From positions 31,317,112 through 31,381,111 of the forward strand of contig OZ316891.1 of assembly GCA_973895155.1 (NCBI GenBank): a stretch of DNA of 64,000 nucleotides, written 5' to 3'. Within the stretch, counting starts at the first letter, position 1. Every line of letters begins with the position of its first letter. The position numbers and the translations under genes are program-made. Source of the DNA: Marsupella aquatica. Lineage: Eukaryota > Plantae > Marchantiophyta. Below are positions 39,490-54,500 of the stretch, one piece after another. The notes under the pieces are model-generated. The model did not search any database. It was given only the letters and a program-made list of their open reading frames with translations, and was not told the DNA's origin.

Positions 39490-40370
39490 CGTCGATGGGA
39501 GTAACATTTTTATTGAGAGAAAAACTAGAAGCTACTAACATTTTCCTTGGCCAATAGTATATAACAAAGAGAAAAAGAAAGCCAAATGGAACAACAAATC
39601 AACCGGATCCCAAACATGATGGGAATAACATTTTTACTGAGAGGAAAAAATGAAGCTACTAACATTTTCCTTGGACAATAATAATACATAAAAAAGAAAA
39701 AAGAAGGAAAATGGAACAATAAAATACCTCAGTTACCCAACCTGATTCAAACCTGAGTGGGAGTAACATTTTTGTTGTGATAAAAAAATGAAGCTACTAA
39801 CAGTTTCCCTGGACAATAATTATTACAGATAATATATAATACATAAAGAAGAAAAAAAGATAGGAAAAAATGGAACAAGAAACACCTCAGTTACCCAACC
39901 TGAACCCAACCATGATGGGAGTAAGTAACATTTTTGTTGAGAGGAAAAAATGAAGCTACTAACTTGTTCCTTGGACAATAATATTACATAAAAAAGAAAA
40001 AAAGATAGGAAAAATGGAACAATAAATACCTCAGTTACCCAACCTGATCCCAACCATGATGGGAGTAAGTCACATTTTTGTTGAGAGGAAAAAATGAAGC
40101 TACTAACATTTTCCTTGGACAATGATATTACATTAAAAAAAAAAATAGAAAAAATGGAACAAGAAATACCTCAGTTACCCAACCTGATCCCAACCTGATC
40201 CCAACCTTGATGGGAGTAAGTAACATTTTTGTTGAGAGGAAAAAAATAGCTACTACCAATTTCCTTGGACAATAATAATATCAATATCAATAATATATAA
40301 AAAAGAAAAAAGAAAGCCAAAATGGAACAATAAAAACCGCAGTAACCCAACCCCATCCCTCCCAATCACA
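39490..40370. repeat. A-rich tandem array, ~125-155-bp unit, 6 copies, upstream of MRL1
   Basis: GGGAGTAACATTTTT...GAAGCTACTAACATTTTCCTTGGACAAT...AAATGGAACAA...CAGTTACCCAACCTGA recurring at ~39493, 39619, 39757, 39913, 40058, 40209. Confidence 0.92.
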
Positions 40371-41659
40371 TCAGGCGCGACCAATGGCGAGGGGAGACAA
40401 AAAAGGAAAGGGAGAACCAACGCTTGAAAAAGCAGACAGACTGATAACATCGAAGCGTTTCAGCTGAGCCTAGTATGAGTGGACAGAAGTAAGGAGAGGC
40501 TACGATCCTCCCCACGAAGATCAGGCACAGAAACAACTATGGCGGTGCAGCACTAGCGTTTACCCCTCTCGTTGCGCTCTCTCCGGCTCTCCGGCTCTAT
40601 CTATCTCACTCCTCCTCTTCTTTGGAAGCGCTAGATTCGTTCCCCACTACAGTAGGTAAAGCGCCTAGTAATCCCAACCACCTCCTTTACACGAACGAAG
40701 AAGATATTAGACTCACGGTGGAATGTGATTTTTTTCGCTGGGCTGAGGTTTAGCGTACATATAGAGTAGCGAGAGAATCAGCCGCGCGACGAGGCTTTGC
40801 ATTCGGGCAAGTAGAGCGCAGAGGAGCTACCCCTGTTCTCATTTCGTTGGAGCTGGTGTCGTGAGACGGCCCGATTCAGGTACTCTCGTTGGTGCTGATC
40901 CTGGATCCTGGATCCGTTGGTCCGAGGCAAAAGGCTGCAACCCAGGTGTGGAGTTCTATCGGAGGCCATAGCGAGTGTTGTTTGAGAGATTCGAGTAGTG
41001 TCCGGTGCCGCTCACCCAATTTTTCCATTTCGGCTGGGTTTCCGGTGTTCGTGACTACTGGAGTAGAAGTGGTCATACGAGAAAAGCTTTTCTGTGGTCT
41101 GAGTGACCATAATGCTTGATCTAGAATGTATGGTGTTGTCATGTGTTGGAGTGTATGGGTTTCCAACATGAAGGTATCTCTCTTGCTACCTGTCGGCAAT
41201 CTGTGTTGGGCCATGCGTGCTTAGAATTTGGCTGTCCGAGTGATTTTTGTAAGACTGAATTGTGTCCTTGATATAGAAACTATGACACGCCTTGGAAGCC
41301 TCAGAGGTAGAACTCAGGTCCTTTGAATTTCTCCCGAGATTGTGGTGGAGGCGTCCACGTATAATGAGGATTGCTTCACTTGAGTGTTGACGGGATAAAA
41401 GTCAATTCCGTGGTGTCACACATGCTAGATTAGTCCCGGCACAATAAGCATGGCATCCTCTGTTTCCCTGTGTCACACGGTATTTGTCACGGAAGTAAGG
41501 AAGGAACAATTTTTCTTCTAGAGGCCTCATTAGCTCGGGAATATCCAGTTTGTTGTGAGGAGGCACGAATGGCGGCTAGATTATAACGAAGAAAACTTCT
41601 CAAAGCGCGGAGTCGGGCGCGTGGGGGCTCGAAGGGCAGCAGCAATTCAGAGTGCGCCC

Positions 41660-44600
41660 ATGGATGCGGGCCGATTGCAAGGCTTGGCAGTTGCGCGCTC
41701 TTGTAACCTGTCGTGCTCCTCCTCCAACCATGAACAACAATTGTTTCAGGTTGTTCCGTCTGCAGGCAGGCTAAAGTCCGCGCTCACTCCCGGCCTTGCA
41801 TTCTATCACCACCATGGTGGATGTCCGGGAAAGCATAGGGGAAGGAAGACCACTGTTATCAGAGCTGCCATTCCTCATGATTTGGCAGCAGTGGCAGTCG
41901 CTGCTGCCACGGTGCTGCCAATGTGCTGGATATATATCAACAGGTCGCAATTTTCCACAAGCTCAGCCTCCGGTTCAGTTCCATCGGCAGGCACTTCCTT
42001 TCCTGCCATAGCTCATGAGAAAAAGTCTTCAACAGCTGCTGGAGGTGCTGCTGCCTCTACAATGAACGCTTCTACGGCAGCAACGATAGCAGAGATTAGC
42101 CCTTCCTCCTCCACTGTACAATATTCGAATGGAGCAGCCAACGAAGGGGAACCCAGTCATCCTGCAGAACCAGCGTATCCCGAGGTAAGAGTTTTCGTGG
42201 AGTATTTTTTAAGTAACGGAATTCACTTGAATTACTGCCGGCTACATCTTAGCTCTGCTCGTTAATCCTATAAAGCAGGCGTCAACTGTATGATCACATG
42301 TCTATCCACTGACCTAAGCTCAGGATACAAATTGTTCCCGATCTTTGCGCGAAGATGATGTTGATTTGAAAGGGATCGTGGCCGTTGTGTTACAGCCATG
42401 CGCAACGAGATTCTTCTATTGGCACTCAAGACATTGACAATTGTTAATTTTCCCTCGTGTACATTTACAGATTTCTTGAAAGAAAACAATTAAGATTTCT
42501 TGACAGAAAACAATTTTCCCTCGTGTTAAACTGAAGTCGCGTTGGGTTCGGGCAAGCCGCAGAATCTGAACAAAAGATTAACTACTGTTAATTACTTTTG
42601 TAGCTTACAGGTCTTTTCCACCAAGGTTGGAATTCGCATCTGAGTTTGAATGCTCACGACGAGCTAGACATCAACGAACATCGTTCAAATTCAGGATCTC
42701 AGGCATCGACTCCAGAGACTACTCCTGGGAAGGTTAATGGGCACAGAATTGAGGGTGCGCATACGACTCCAGCTGGGGTAGATACCGCAGGATTGGAAAA
42801 TCTTTTACCGAGGTGTAGAGATGAGTTCGTCTCGACTGACATTACTAAGACACTGGGCAATGCACATCACCCATTCAATTCAAATTCGACGTTTGGCACA
42901 TCGGTGAATGGATCACCGTTCACTTTGATACCGGAGCTGGAGGATGCTTCAGCAGCGAAGGATAATGCCAACGTAATGAATGAGACTATCCCTAATGGTG
43001 CTCTGAATGGATCTTCAAAATCCAGGCCGGAAGCTCTCGGGGAGTCCATCGCAACGTTGATTTTGGATGAGAGAGTAGAAGAGAGTCAAGTCACAGAAGA
43101 TGAAGAGCGAGCCGATTTACTCATGGATGAAAATCACAGGAAAAATACGGCACACTGTGTAAAAATTAACGGCAGTGGAAAGCCATCTCCTGTTGAGGAT
43201 CATAGCAAAATTGAAGAAAAGAGAGCAGAGCTAGCAAAAATCATTAGTAATCTTAGTCTCAAACTAGAAGATTATCCCGGGAAAGTGAATGGCCGAAGGC
43301 AATCGGAATCCCTGCTGGCCCCAGCGGAGATATCTGCGTCCGAAAATAAATTGTCGACGAAATTGAAGAAAGAGAAACGGATGTATCCGAGATGCCCGCA
43401 GAGCCTAGCTGACATTCTTCCATTGAAGGTGTCTGCGGGTTCAGAGTTTTACCTTAAGATTTATGAGAAAATGCTCCGAGCCGGACGGTACGATCAGCTA
43501 TTCAATGCACACGCTGTTAGGATATTTGCGTTCGTCATGTCGTTCACGATTTTCGTTCAATAGAGCCTGTTTTACCTGCTTCAAAGTATCAGCATTGTTC
43601 ACTGCTTTTCTGCACTGCCCACTAAAAGATTGTCAACTCAAATTGTGGACCTCAAATCACACATTATAGTATCAGCGGCGTTTCTTATGCAGCGTAATTG
43701 CTTTGCACCTCTTCGCAGGGTCCCGGACTCCATTGTACTGCTGGAAGAAATGGAGAAGTTGAAGATTTTCGATTCGGACAAGGTGAGTTCTGGTTAGTTC
43801 ACACTATGTGGAGTGAGCTGGTAGTGATTAGTCGTTCTCAGCGTGTCTAACATTGTTACCTGGCTTGTCGGTCTGTAGATTTACCACTCAAAATTCTTCA
43901 GGGCTTGCCAAAGGCAACTAGCCGTCAGGGAGGCGTTCAGGTTCATGCGGTTGCTGAGTAGACCAACTCTGAGCTCATACAACATGCTTCTCTGTGTTTG
44001 TCGTGATGCACGAGACGTCGATGGTAGGTGTACTGGTTTGTTGTGCTCAGTAGGTAACCTTGCTATTTAACTTTGCGATGTAATGCAGTTGACTCTCGAT
44101 GGTATGCAGTTTCGAAAGGTAGTTAGCATAGATAATTAAGCTATATGAACTTCTTTCTATTTTTGCTCTCCCAGTTAGGCCATTTTGCATGCTTCGTCAA
44201 AATTCATGCTCTGCGATCTATTCCTAGTCATACACTATTGACAATAAAATTTCCACTCGCTGGCTTATTTCGGATAAGGCTGAGGGGCCAAGTACTGGGC
44301 TAGAATTCTGTGTCGTAGAAAGTCTTATCAACACATGGAAATCTGTCTCACATCTTTTGGCATAATCGAATTGCTAAAGATAAGCAACTAGCAAAATTAC
44401 ACCTGTAGTGGAACTGGAAAGCTCGCCTATTTTCTAAGCTTAAATAAAATGACTTCTTTTCTGCAGGAGGTTTACGAGTCCTCTCTGCAGCAGAGAATGC
44501 TGGTTTGAAACCCGATGGGATCTTGTACACTACTTTGATATCGACATGTGCAAAGGCTGGGAAAGTTGATATCGCCTTTAAGGTTTATCTTCTACAACTG

Positions 44601-47600
44601 TTTGAAGTTTCTTTGCCTTGTGAATTCTACAGGGCACACTGCCTTTCTGTAGTTTTTCTTTTTCTGCAGGGCGTGAACATGAGTTAAGCAGTTGTGATTG
44701 CACGAGTAATAAGCGATGTCATCACTTTGGCAGGTCTACCACGATATGGAGACAGCCGGACTTAAGCCTACTATTGAAACTTATGGTGCTATGATTGATG
44801 GTTGCGCCCGTGCTGGCCAAATAGCCAAAGCTTTTGGTGTGTACGGTATCATGGTCTCCAAGGTAATTTTCCGACTTTCAAGCCCCAACCTTAACTCTGG
44901 GTCGTTGTCAGCTTGGTTGTTGTTGTCTTTGGTTCTGAGACCTCTGTTTTTCCTTGTAGGTTAGGTTTTGCGGAATAGATCATTCGAATCTTCTTTGATT
45001 TTCTTCAAGACGTTGAAGTCTTTTAATTTTGGATCGTTTGATCTTCAGAAACTGAAACCAGATCATGTTATATTCAATACTCTTATCAACGCTTGTGGCC
45101 GAGCTGGAGCTATAGAACGTGCATTTGATGTGCTGTCGGACATGAGGGGAGAACCCTTCCACTTGGTTCCTAACCACGTCACCATGTGTGCCTTAATTTC
45201 TGCTTGTGCTCGAGCTGGCCAGGTAATATGTCGTTTCAGTCCGTTTGTGTTTCCCATTATATCACATACAGCTGGAGAAATTCAACTCAAAACATTCTCA
45301 AATTTTCTACAGGTGGATCAAGCTTTTGAAGTTTACAGAAACATGCGGAAATGGGGTATCAAAGGAACTCCAGAGTGCTATACGGCAGCAGTTCATGCGT
45401 GCAGCCCCACAGGAGACCTGGATCTCGCTCTTAGTGTTTTTGACGACACGAAAAGAGATGGCGTGAAGCCGGATGAGGTATGTCCTTAGGGCATACAGTT
45501 CATAGTTTTTGAAATGTTTTAGCTTTCTCGTCACCGCCTGTGTAATTCTGAAGGGTAGTTCCAAAACGATCTTCGGTACGTCCTCGTCAAAGTCTTCTTC
45601 TTACATTCGAATCTCGTTTTCACAGCTTTCTTCGCAGAAGAGGGTCTGACTTATCGTCCATGAAAACCCACAACTAACTCATAAGTAGGATCTCACTATG
45701 TTATGGTTTTATTATGTTGCAGATATTCTTCAGTGCTTTGATAGACGTTGCAGGACATTCCCAGCAGGTTGATGCTGCCTTCAGCATCATGGACGAGATG
45801 AAGAAGATTTCGGTGATACCTGGCGGAGTCACGTTCAGTGCCTTGATGGGCGTTTGTTGCAATGTATGTCCGAACATGAGCCTGAGAATGAAGTTAAAGC
45901 GGATAACACTGGCTCCGTCCAATTAAACGTGGCACACCTGCATTCCACTTGTTACGAAGAATTCAAGTGCTTTCATTGGGTGCAGCTGTTGCAATTTCTT
46001 TAGGATCCAAAATTTGTTAAGTTCCAGCTGATTGCCAACGGCACTGAGGCTGGATCCTCACTTTTGGGTGGAACTAAGCTTGTATCTCTGTAAACATGGG
46101 CATTCGACGGCGTATACTTTCCCCAGAAGCACCCACCCTGAGCGATTACGTGACGGTTATGCTGTTATTGAACTTTGCAGACAGGAAAGTGGGAACGAGG
46201 TCTGGAGCTCTACAGGAATATCACAGCAGCAAACTTTCGACCCACTGTTTCGACGTTCAATGCGCTCATCACAGCTTTATGTATGGCTCCCGAACTTTGC
46301 CAATCCTTTTTGCCTGCTTCTTTTGAGCTGATTTCTTATTTTGCAATGTGGGAAGTGTTGGCTGCTAAAAGGAGCTGCTTCCAAATCTGCAGGTGATGCT
46401 AAGGAAATCGAGCAATCATTCTCAATCTTCCAGGAAATGAAGGAGGCAGGAGTCCAGCCCGACCAAATTACTTACAGCATTCTTCTGGATGCATGTGAAA
46501 AGTAAGTTCCAATAATTGAGGAATGAACTTCACAGAGGACTGATGAAAGGCAGAGCAGATGGACGATGACTTTCGAGAGTAGGCTTTATACCGAAAGTCA
46601 TGGCTAGATATGCTCACTATCTCCTTCGCCTGCAGACAAGATGAGCCAGAGAGGGCATTTGACCTCTACACGAGCGGAAGGGCTGAAGGCGTCGTCCCCA
46701 ACGAGGCCATGTGCGCCAGCGTGATCGGTGTGTAGACTAAACCATATCGAGGTGTCACTATTGTAATTGGACGTTCTATACTCACATTGTGCCTGTCGGT
46801 GTGACCACCTTTCCGTTCATGCCGTGAGAGACTTCGGTCCTTTGTCTCTCAGAGTAACTGCGTTTTCTCCCTGTTGTGCATCTGCAAAATGTATTAATGA
46901 CGGGAATTTGGATTACATTGTCTGTGATATTCTGGATTTGACTGTAAATTTCGAACGTAATGCAGCGATATGTTACGCAAGAATAAAGAAGAAGCACCGT
47001 TTGACGAGCTATCCAAGCTCTATAGGACTTTTGGCTGGACAAACTAACGATGCACCTTACGAGCAGTGGTAATGTTTCTAGCCCTTTCATAACCTGGTTG
47101 TTGGTCGGACGTTGTGTGTAATTATACGTAGCCCATCCGATAGCCTGTAATTGACCTTATCTAAGAGCTCAATTCATCATAATGGAGAAAGAGAAGAACG
47201 ACTAAAATGAATGCTAATGGGAAGCGTAACAAATCTTAATACGTCAAAAAGTCCAACCCTGTCAGACAGTCCCGCCGGGAAAGAAAAAAAATATTTATTT
47301 TTTGTTTTCGTCCAGGGGAAAAGTCATCTAAGTAGTAAGCAACTACGTTTTGTGCTTAACCTTCATGCAATTGAATAGGTATGATTTGCTGCTGGATTTC
47401 AGTGGTAGATATTTTGTAGTTTATGAAAGTCTTGCGTTTCTTAAATGTGCAGGGCTTCTTGGGCTGTTGCCGTGTATCGGCACGCAGTTGCAGCCAATGT
47501 AGTTCCCACAATTAAATCACTGTCTCTGCTTTTGGGCTGCTTGCGCATTCCCGAACTATCGCATGAGAAGAACTATCTGTCCGACGATACATTTGCTCTT

Positions 47601-49218
47601 CCTGGCCAATTAAGGGGGTCGCGCCCCCCATCCCCATCCCCATCCGTTATGGAAGGTGCAGGGTTTTATGATCCTCGTGCACAAGCGTTGTTCCAGGAAG
47701 CTGCTTCTATGGGTGTCGTCCCGTCCATCAATTACACTGCTGGACCGATCACTGTGAACGCGCAGTCCATGCCAAGCTATGTTGCCGAGGTGATCTCTCG
47801 GCTCAAGACTTCTGTGTTCTTCGATTGGCCCTTTTATTTTGCCATGGCTTTTATATGGCGCACTTTCTCTTTCTTTGATTAATCCAACAGAATTTTCTGT
47901 GCAATTGGTTTGCAGTTTTGGACCAAGCATATAGAGTGTGTACCTAAAGATGGAAATCCAATTTGCAGGTTTATCTGATATTGCTGCTGAAAGGATTAAA
48001 GCAGCGCCACATCGATGGTACGAGATCTTACTTTACCTCCTCACTAGATTCTGTTTGCCGCTCGGAAGCTTGCTGAGACGTACGACTGGTGCTGCTGGTG
48101 ATGCGTCGGGACTTAGTACAGTGTAACCGGAATATTTTGAAACTTTTGAGGTCTATGTCCTTTGAAATGCTCGAGAACGGCAGTTTATGATGGCTGTGGA
48201 GCTACGAAGTTGAGAAAAGTGAACACATATTCCCCTAAGGCTATAGCAAGTAAGATTTCTGAAATGGATAGAAGTTTCTTATTGTTGAGATTTTGCTCTC
48301 CTCTGAAGCATTCTCCACTTCATGCTCGCTCTACAGGTCAGCAGTTGTTCCCCGTGACCATCTATTTTTCCACCGAGACGAAACAAAGAGTTTCGGCGAC
48401 GACAAATAAACTTAGAGAGATAACAATCAGTGGCAGGTGAGTTAGCTCAGCTTCACTTCACAAATAGCAAATTTTCTGACAATGTGGTGGCAGACCTCCT
48501 GGAATCTTCGGTTGAGCTGTCGGGAGACGCCTTTTCAAATGATCCTAACAACAGTTTGCCGAGAATAGTCCGCCATGGCAAGCGATTCACCAAAGTTGGA
48601 ATTCAATGTATTTCCTGTGCTATTCACTGGCTTCCTTAACCAGCGGATCGCTATCACTGTGTGAGGCTTCAGTTGGGAAGGAAATGGTTTTTGGACGAGG
48701 ATTTTGGAAGCTTTATGAAGTTCGGATCAGATGTTGAAGCTAAAACTCCGGTAACGTGCGCTTTGAGAGAAGTGGGGTCTTGAGACAAAGCTGACTTGTG
48801 ATTTGATGACAGGACTGGGCAAGGAGTGGCTGCGCTGTTGAGAAGGCTGAGACTACACTTTCGTGGTCATGAGAGTTCGGGTAAATTAAAAATTGATACA
48901 GCGTCAATCAGGAATTGGCTGAAGCCCCCCGCCGCGTTCCCACCATTGCAACGACATCAAGAATTGGGGCCTTTTGGACCTCCTCATACTTTTCTAGGTC
49001 AAGGTATTGCTGAACAACAGCGTAACATTCGAATGGCTGAAGTTTTCAAGAATTCGGACGACATAGAGCGAGTCTCAGGCGTAGACATGTATAGACACAG
49101 AAGAAGGATATCACAAGGCAAATCCTGGGATCGTGGAGAAAGCAACGATTTTGATTTCACTGAGAGCGTAAACGGCTCGAGTCAACGTGCGAATAGGAGA
49201 GGTACACGGGACAAATGA
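41660..49218 (+). CDS. MRL1: Chloroplast P-class PPR protein MRL1 (maturation of rbcL 1) homologue, about 17 exons
   Basis: Transit-peptide-like exon 1; PPRs LKPDGILYTTLISTCAKAGKVD, TYGAMIDGCARAGQIAKAFGVYGIM, KPDHVIFNTLINACGRAGA, IKGTPECYTAAVHACS; C-domain YDPRAQALFQEAASMGVVP, AEVYLILLLKGLK, GRTGQGVAALLRRL, GIAEQQRNIR. Confidence 0.9.
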
Positions 49219-51575
49219 AGGCCATGAGATAGCAGAGAGATCGTGCACGTGTTGTCTTTCCACAAGGACACATTGTAGGCATTCGTAATTGGGCACATGG
49301 TGCAGCATGTGGCTGGCTTCGCCTAGAGTGGATCAAATCATGAGATGGCAGTGTGCACTGCTGGGAATTGTATTCGTGCACTCTCCAACCGTGGTCATCT
49401 CAGAAGGACCGCGAGTTGGAGGGCACGTTTAGGGCCATGTTGTAGTACGTGGCTGCAACTCCTGACATCGAAAACATCGTACTCGCGGCTAGTGGTCGCT
49501 CTTCTTAGGTGATCGCCCGCACAAGTATGGTGCCAGTTTCCCCGGGGGGGGGAGGATTGAGCTTTCTTCGTTTCTATTTTAACGGATCGGAAGCCTAAAT
49601 TATTTGGAACAATTGTTCTGCTTAAATTACTTGGAACAACTGTTCTTGGTTCGAGGATGATAAATAATAGCAACTGTCAAGGTAAGATGGCAGGTCCGTC
49701 ATGCAGATCTATCCATCTTCTCTGGCCGTATTTACTCCCGGCAGTTTCCTAGCTAGACGGTCTTCTCGACATTGGGTCGAGTTGCTTTCCTTTTTGCTCT
49801 AATCTGTCAGCAGAGGAGTTCTACGATTTTTTCTGGGTGGCGTGGGATGGAGAGGGTGATTTGGAAATACATGTTAATGGTGCCTGTTTTTCACATTTTG
49901 CTCTCGCAGAGATTGACGTGCTACACCTGCACATATCTCCGTACCCAGTTGGGATACTTTAATATGCAAACTTGGGTTTCCTCGTATTCTTTGCAGTCAG
50001 TGTTGTTGTTTTAGAAGTAAGTGACCCTTTCTAAGGCAAAGGTCCACTGACATCTGCTAGCCACTGTCATCTGTTTGGAACCTGTGTCCATCTCTGTGTC
50101 CATCTTTTCCGTTTAATCTAGGGACTCGCCAAGCCTACGTAGTCTGTCGGAACCGTGGTTGTCTGAGACAATCTGATGGCCAGAATCTGGAAGCTCACAA
50201 ACAATTTGAAGTGACTCATTAAGACACCTTAGCTGCAACATATTTGTGTTTGTGAAGAAAAACTTTGGTGGACAGTACCTACTTGCTGATGTAACGGAAG
50301 ACATTCCGTGTGGAAGTCTCCTCGCTGCAACTATGAACACTGAGGAAGTCCCAGGTTCATGAACGCCAGACTAACTTTCAATCCACCCTCGAATGCAAAT
50401 TTTCGTGCAGTCTTGAACAATTATAGAATTCCATCTCCTTTCTGTTTCTCGGTCACTGCTCCACCACAAGAATGAAGAAAGTTAGGTTACTTCAGTGATT
50501 TAAATCGATATCGTTTTCGAAGTGCTGCACCAGGGTGCAGTCCAATTTTACTGTGAAAGTTGAAGACACTCAATTTTGTAGTAAGCTGTAAGTTAAGCGC
50601 GTAGTGTGGCCTGCAGTCTCTCAGTCTTGTACCATATGGCCATCGTGTGACAGTCAACACTGACATGGAACTCGTTCCACATTGCGTCCCCAAAATTGGA
50701 CTAGCCGGGGAGACAGTCGACCAGCCAATTCACGTAGCTCACTAGAATAATTTCTGGCAATTATTCTATGGCAATATGTGCGAGAGGTATGAAAGTACAA
50801 AGCACTATAAATTTTTTGCCAGTTATCCTTTGGCAAAAGGGATGGAAGTACATATGCGGAGTCAGGATTTTCCCCTTGTTTTCTCCCCTTCATTGGGTCT
50901 CCTCTCTCCCAGTGTGGGCCTTTCTCTTTGGCAGTGTCTTACATGTCATGCAGAATTATTTGCTTTAAAATTTCCAATTTTTCCGTCGGTAGTAAAAATC
51001 AACTGGAACTAGCTGAAGCTCCAGTCCAAATTTGTGCAAAAGCGCAAACTTCAAGGAGTCCATGGAGATGAAAGACGAATGATAAACTTTCTCCTCATTA
51101 TTCACATTTCTTTTTTATTCAAGCTTCACGTTTCAAACTACAATCGTTTTGGCTCAATGCCGCGGCCTTTCCTCGGCCAACATAGTTACGTAGGTTCCTG
51201 TGGACTGGCTTGACTAATCGAACCGATTCGCACGGTGGAGATTGTGTCTGAGAGTCTTGATCCCAACATTTTCCACCTCTTGGGCCATGAAAACATCGTC
51301 TTTATCAATCATGCTGGTGCAGTTGTTTCATCTCGTCCTGCTGCTGTTTCAGCCATTGCTCTCCTCACATCACTCACTCTTGACAACTCCAGATCACAGC
51401 TGGTCTACGGTTGGAGCTAGAACAAACTCCCCTTAAACCCACTGCCCCGAATGACCAATGTTGTCATCAAGATGTAGCTTATTCCTTGACTCCTAGAAAA
51501 CGTTGGGAAAAGACTAGGGTTTATATGATGTGATGGGCTGAAATGTTCAGTAAAATTGCCAAACCACTACTAACT

Positions 51576-54500
51576 TCACCAATAGTCTCCGCAAGAACAA
51601 AAACCATCCTCGAAGCGGTGAAAGCGATTGGCATCCCGTACAGTGATGGATCTTCCGGCAACCTTTGAAATGAACTTGGTTGCAGTATGACAATCGCCAC
51701 AGACTCGAAGATTCTTGTAAATGCGGAGTGGTGTTCCTGGAGGCGTGCTAATGAGGCCAAATGCAATGGCTAACTTCTCGCTATGGTGTCCCAGAAGAGA
51801 TATTTTTTCTTCTTCCTCTACATCATGCAATACAAAACTTGTGTCCGGGATATACCCTATCCCCTGCATTTGTGTCGACAGTCTCCTTAGCTCTGCATGA
51901 ATTTCTGTCAACCGAGGATGGTTTTGGTCATCTACCCTAAATGAATGTACCTCATTATTGACCTCAATCCAAGTGCGCCCAGGTTGTTTCTCCACACCCA
52001 TTTCTGTTCTGAGTCTTTGGATGTTTGCCCGGCTATCCCACATTCCGGCAGCAGCATAGATGTTTGACAATAGCACATAGCCAGCGGAGTTCTCAGGGTG
52101 ATATTCCAGAATTTGTTTGGCGATGCTTACTCCCAGATCCAAATTGCCATGAACCCTACATGCACCAAGCAAGGACATCCACACAGTTGCATCTGGTTCA
52201 AAGGGCATTGCCTCAACAAGATCTTCTGCTTCCTGGAGACGGCCAGCACGGCCCAGAAGGTCCACCATGCAGGCATAATGCTTGAGCGAAGGGGAAATAC
52301 CATAAACCGGGCCCATACTTCGAAAGTAGTACAAGCCTTCATCCACCAAACCTGCATGACTGCAGGCTGAAAGAAGAGAAACAAAAGTGACCATGTCCAC
52401 CTCCACCCTTTCGGCAACCATCTGTTCAAAATGTCCAATGGCTTCCTTTGCATGTCCATGCAAGGCATATCCTCCTAGCATGGCATTCCAAGCAACATTA
52501 TTGGTTGTGGATAGCTTGCCAAACACTCGCCTCGCATCCTCTATGCTGCCACATTTGGCATACATATCCACAAGGCTAGTGTTGATAAAGACAAAGACAT
52601 CTGCATCCATTCCTCTGTCGATAATACGTTGGTGAACACGTCTGCCTTCTTCAATTGCACACACGCTTGCACATGCATTGAGTATCCCCACAAAGCTGAA
52701 AGCATCCGGTTCTACACCTTCCTGTTCCATCTGACGAGATAGGTCTAATGCCTTTTGTCCTTCCCCACACTTCACATATCCCAGAATAATGGCATTCCAC
52801 CCAATGACATCATGAGTTTCCATCCTGTTAAACACTGTCCAAGCATCCTCTACACTCCCGCATTTCGTATACAAATCAACCAGGCTATTACCTACATATA
52901 TATTTGATTCACACCCTCGACGAATAACTTCTCCATGAACGTTCCTGCCTTCTTCAAGTACCCCTACACTTGCACACGCATTGATTACCGCAACAAAGGT
53001 GGTAGGGACGGGTTCCACTCCTTTGTGCTGCATTTGACGATAGAACTCCAATGCCTTTTGCCCTTGCCCACACTTCACACATCCAGAGATGATGCTATTC
53101 CAGGCAACAACATTGTGACTGGACATTGAGTTAAACACTCCACAAGCATCCTCTAGACTCCCACACTTTGCATACATGTCGATCAGGCTGCAAGACACGA
53201 AGATATCAGATTCGCAACCACTTTCAATGATCTGTTCATGAACACGCCTGCCTTCTTCGAGTGCTCTAGTGCTGGCACATGCATTTAGCATCGCGACAAA
53301 AGTGACGGGAACGGGTTCCACCCCTTCTAGTTGCATTTGACGAGAAAGTTCCAATGCTTTCTGTCCTTGACCACATTTCACATATCCTGAAATCACGGCA
53401 TTCCATCCTACCACGTCACGCTTAGGTAACCTGCTGAACACCATCCGGCTTTCCTCTATGCTCCCACATTTCGCATACATGTCCACTAAGCTATTGCCGA
53501 CGTAGACATGAGAATCATAACCTCGTTGAATGATGCGTTCATGGACACGTCTACCTTCTTCAAGTGCCCGGGCACTCGCACATGCCTTCAATACCCCTAC
53601 AAAGGTAACAGAGACTGGCTGCACCCCCTCCTCTTGCATCTGCTGATAAAGTTCCAATGCCTTCTTCCCCTGTCCACATTTCACATATCCTAGAATCATG
53701 GCATTCCAAGTTACCACATTCCGTGTTGGCATGTTGGAGAATACCTTCCACGCTTCATCTGCACTCCCGCATTTGGCATACATGTCAACCAGACTACTGG
53801 CTACAAAGATATCGTTTTCACAACCCTTTTCAATGATCTGTTTATGAATATGCTTGCCTTCTTCGAGTGCTGACACGCTTGCACATGCATTGAGAATTCC
53901 CATGAAAGTGACCGGGCTACGATCTATGCCTTCCTGTTGCATTCGGTGAGATAGTTCTAATGCCTGAAATCCTCGCCCACATTTCACATATCCCAGAATC
54001 ATTGAATTCCAGCTGACTACATCACGTGAAGGCATACTGCTGAACACTCGCCAAGCATCTTCTATGCTGCCACATTTGGCATACATGTCAATGAGACCGT
54101 TTCCCATAAGCGTGTAATACTCGAGACCTCTTTGGATGATCTGTTCATGAATACGCCTGCCTTCCTGCAGGGCCTTCACATTTGCACATGCATTCAGGGC
54201 ACCCACAAAGGTAACAGGATCTGGCTCCACTTCTTCCGCTTGCATTCGTTTAAAGAGGTCCAATGCTTTCTGCCCCTGCCCACATTTGACAGAGCCCAGA
54301 ATCATGGCGTTCCATGCCACCGCATCACGTGCAGACAGAATGTTGAACACCTCCCAAGCTCTTTCTATATCGCCACATTTGGCGTACATGTTGACAAGGC
54401 TACTACCCACATAAAGATCTGACTCCAAGCCACTTTGGATGACCTGCGCATGGATTCGTTTGCCATCTTCAAGGGCTCGTAAGCTAGCGCATGCAGTGAG

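Noticed and set aside
49700-51520. Separate gene between MRL1 and the DYW gene
   Set aside because: Only short ORFs without motifs; more likely 3' UTR or intergenic sequence
51576-52000. Possible U-to-C (DYW:KP) editase
   Set aside because: PG box, HSEK and terminal DYW are the canonical C-to-U type
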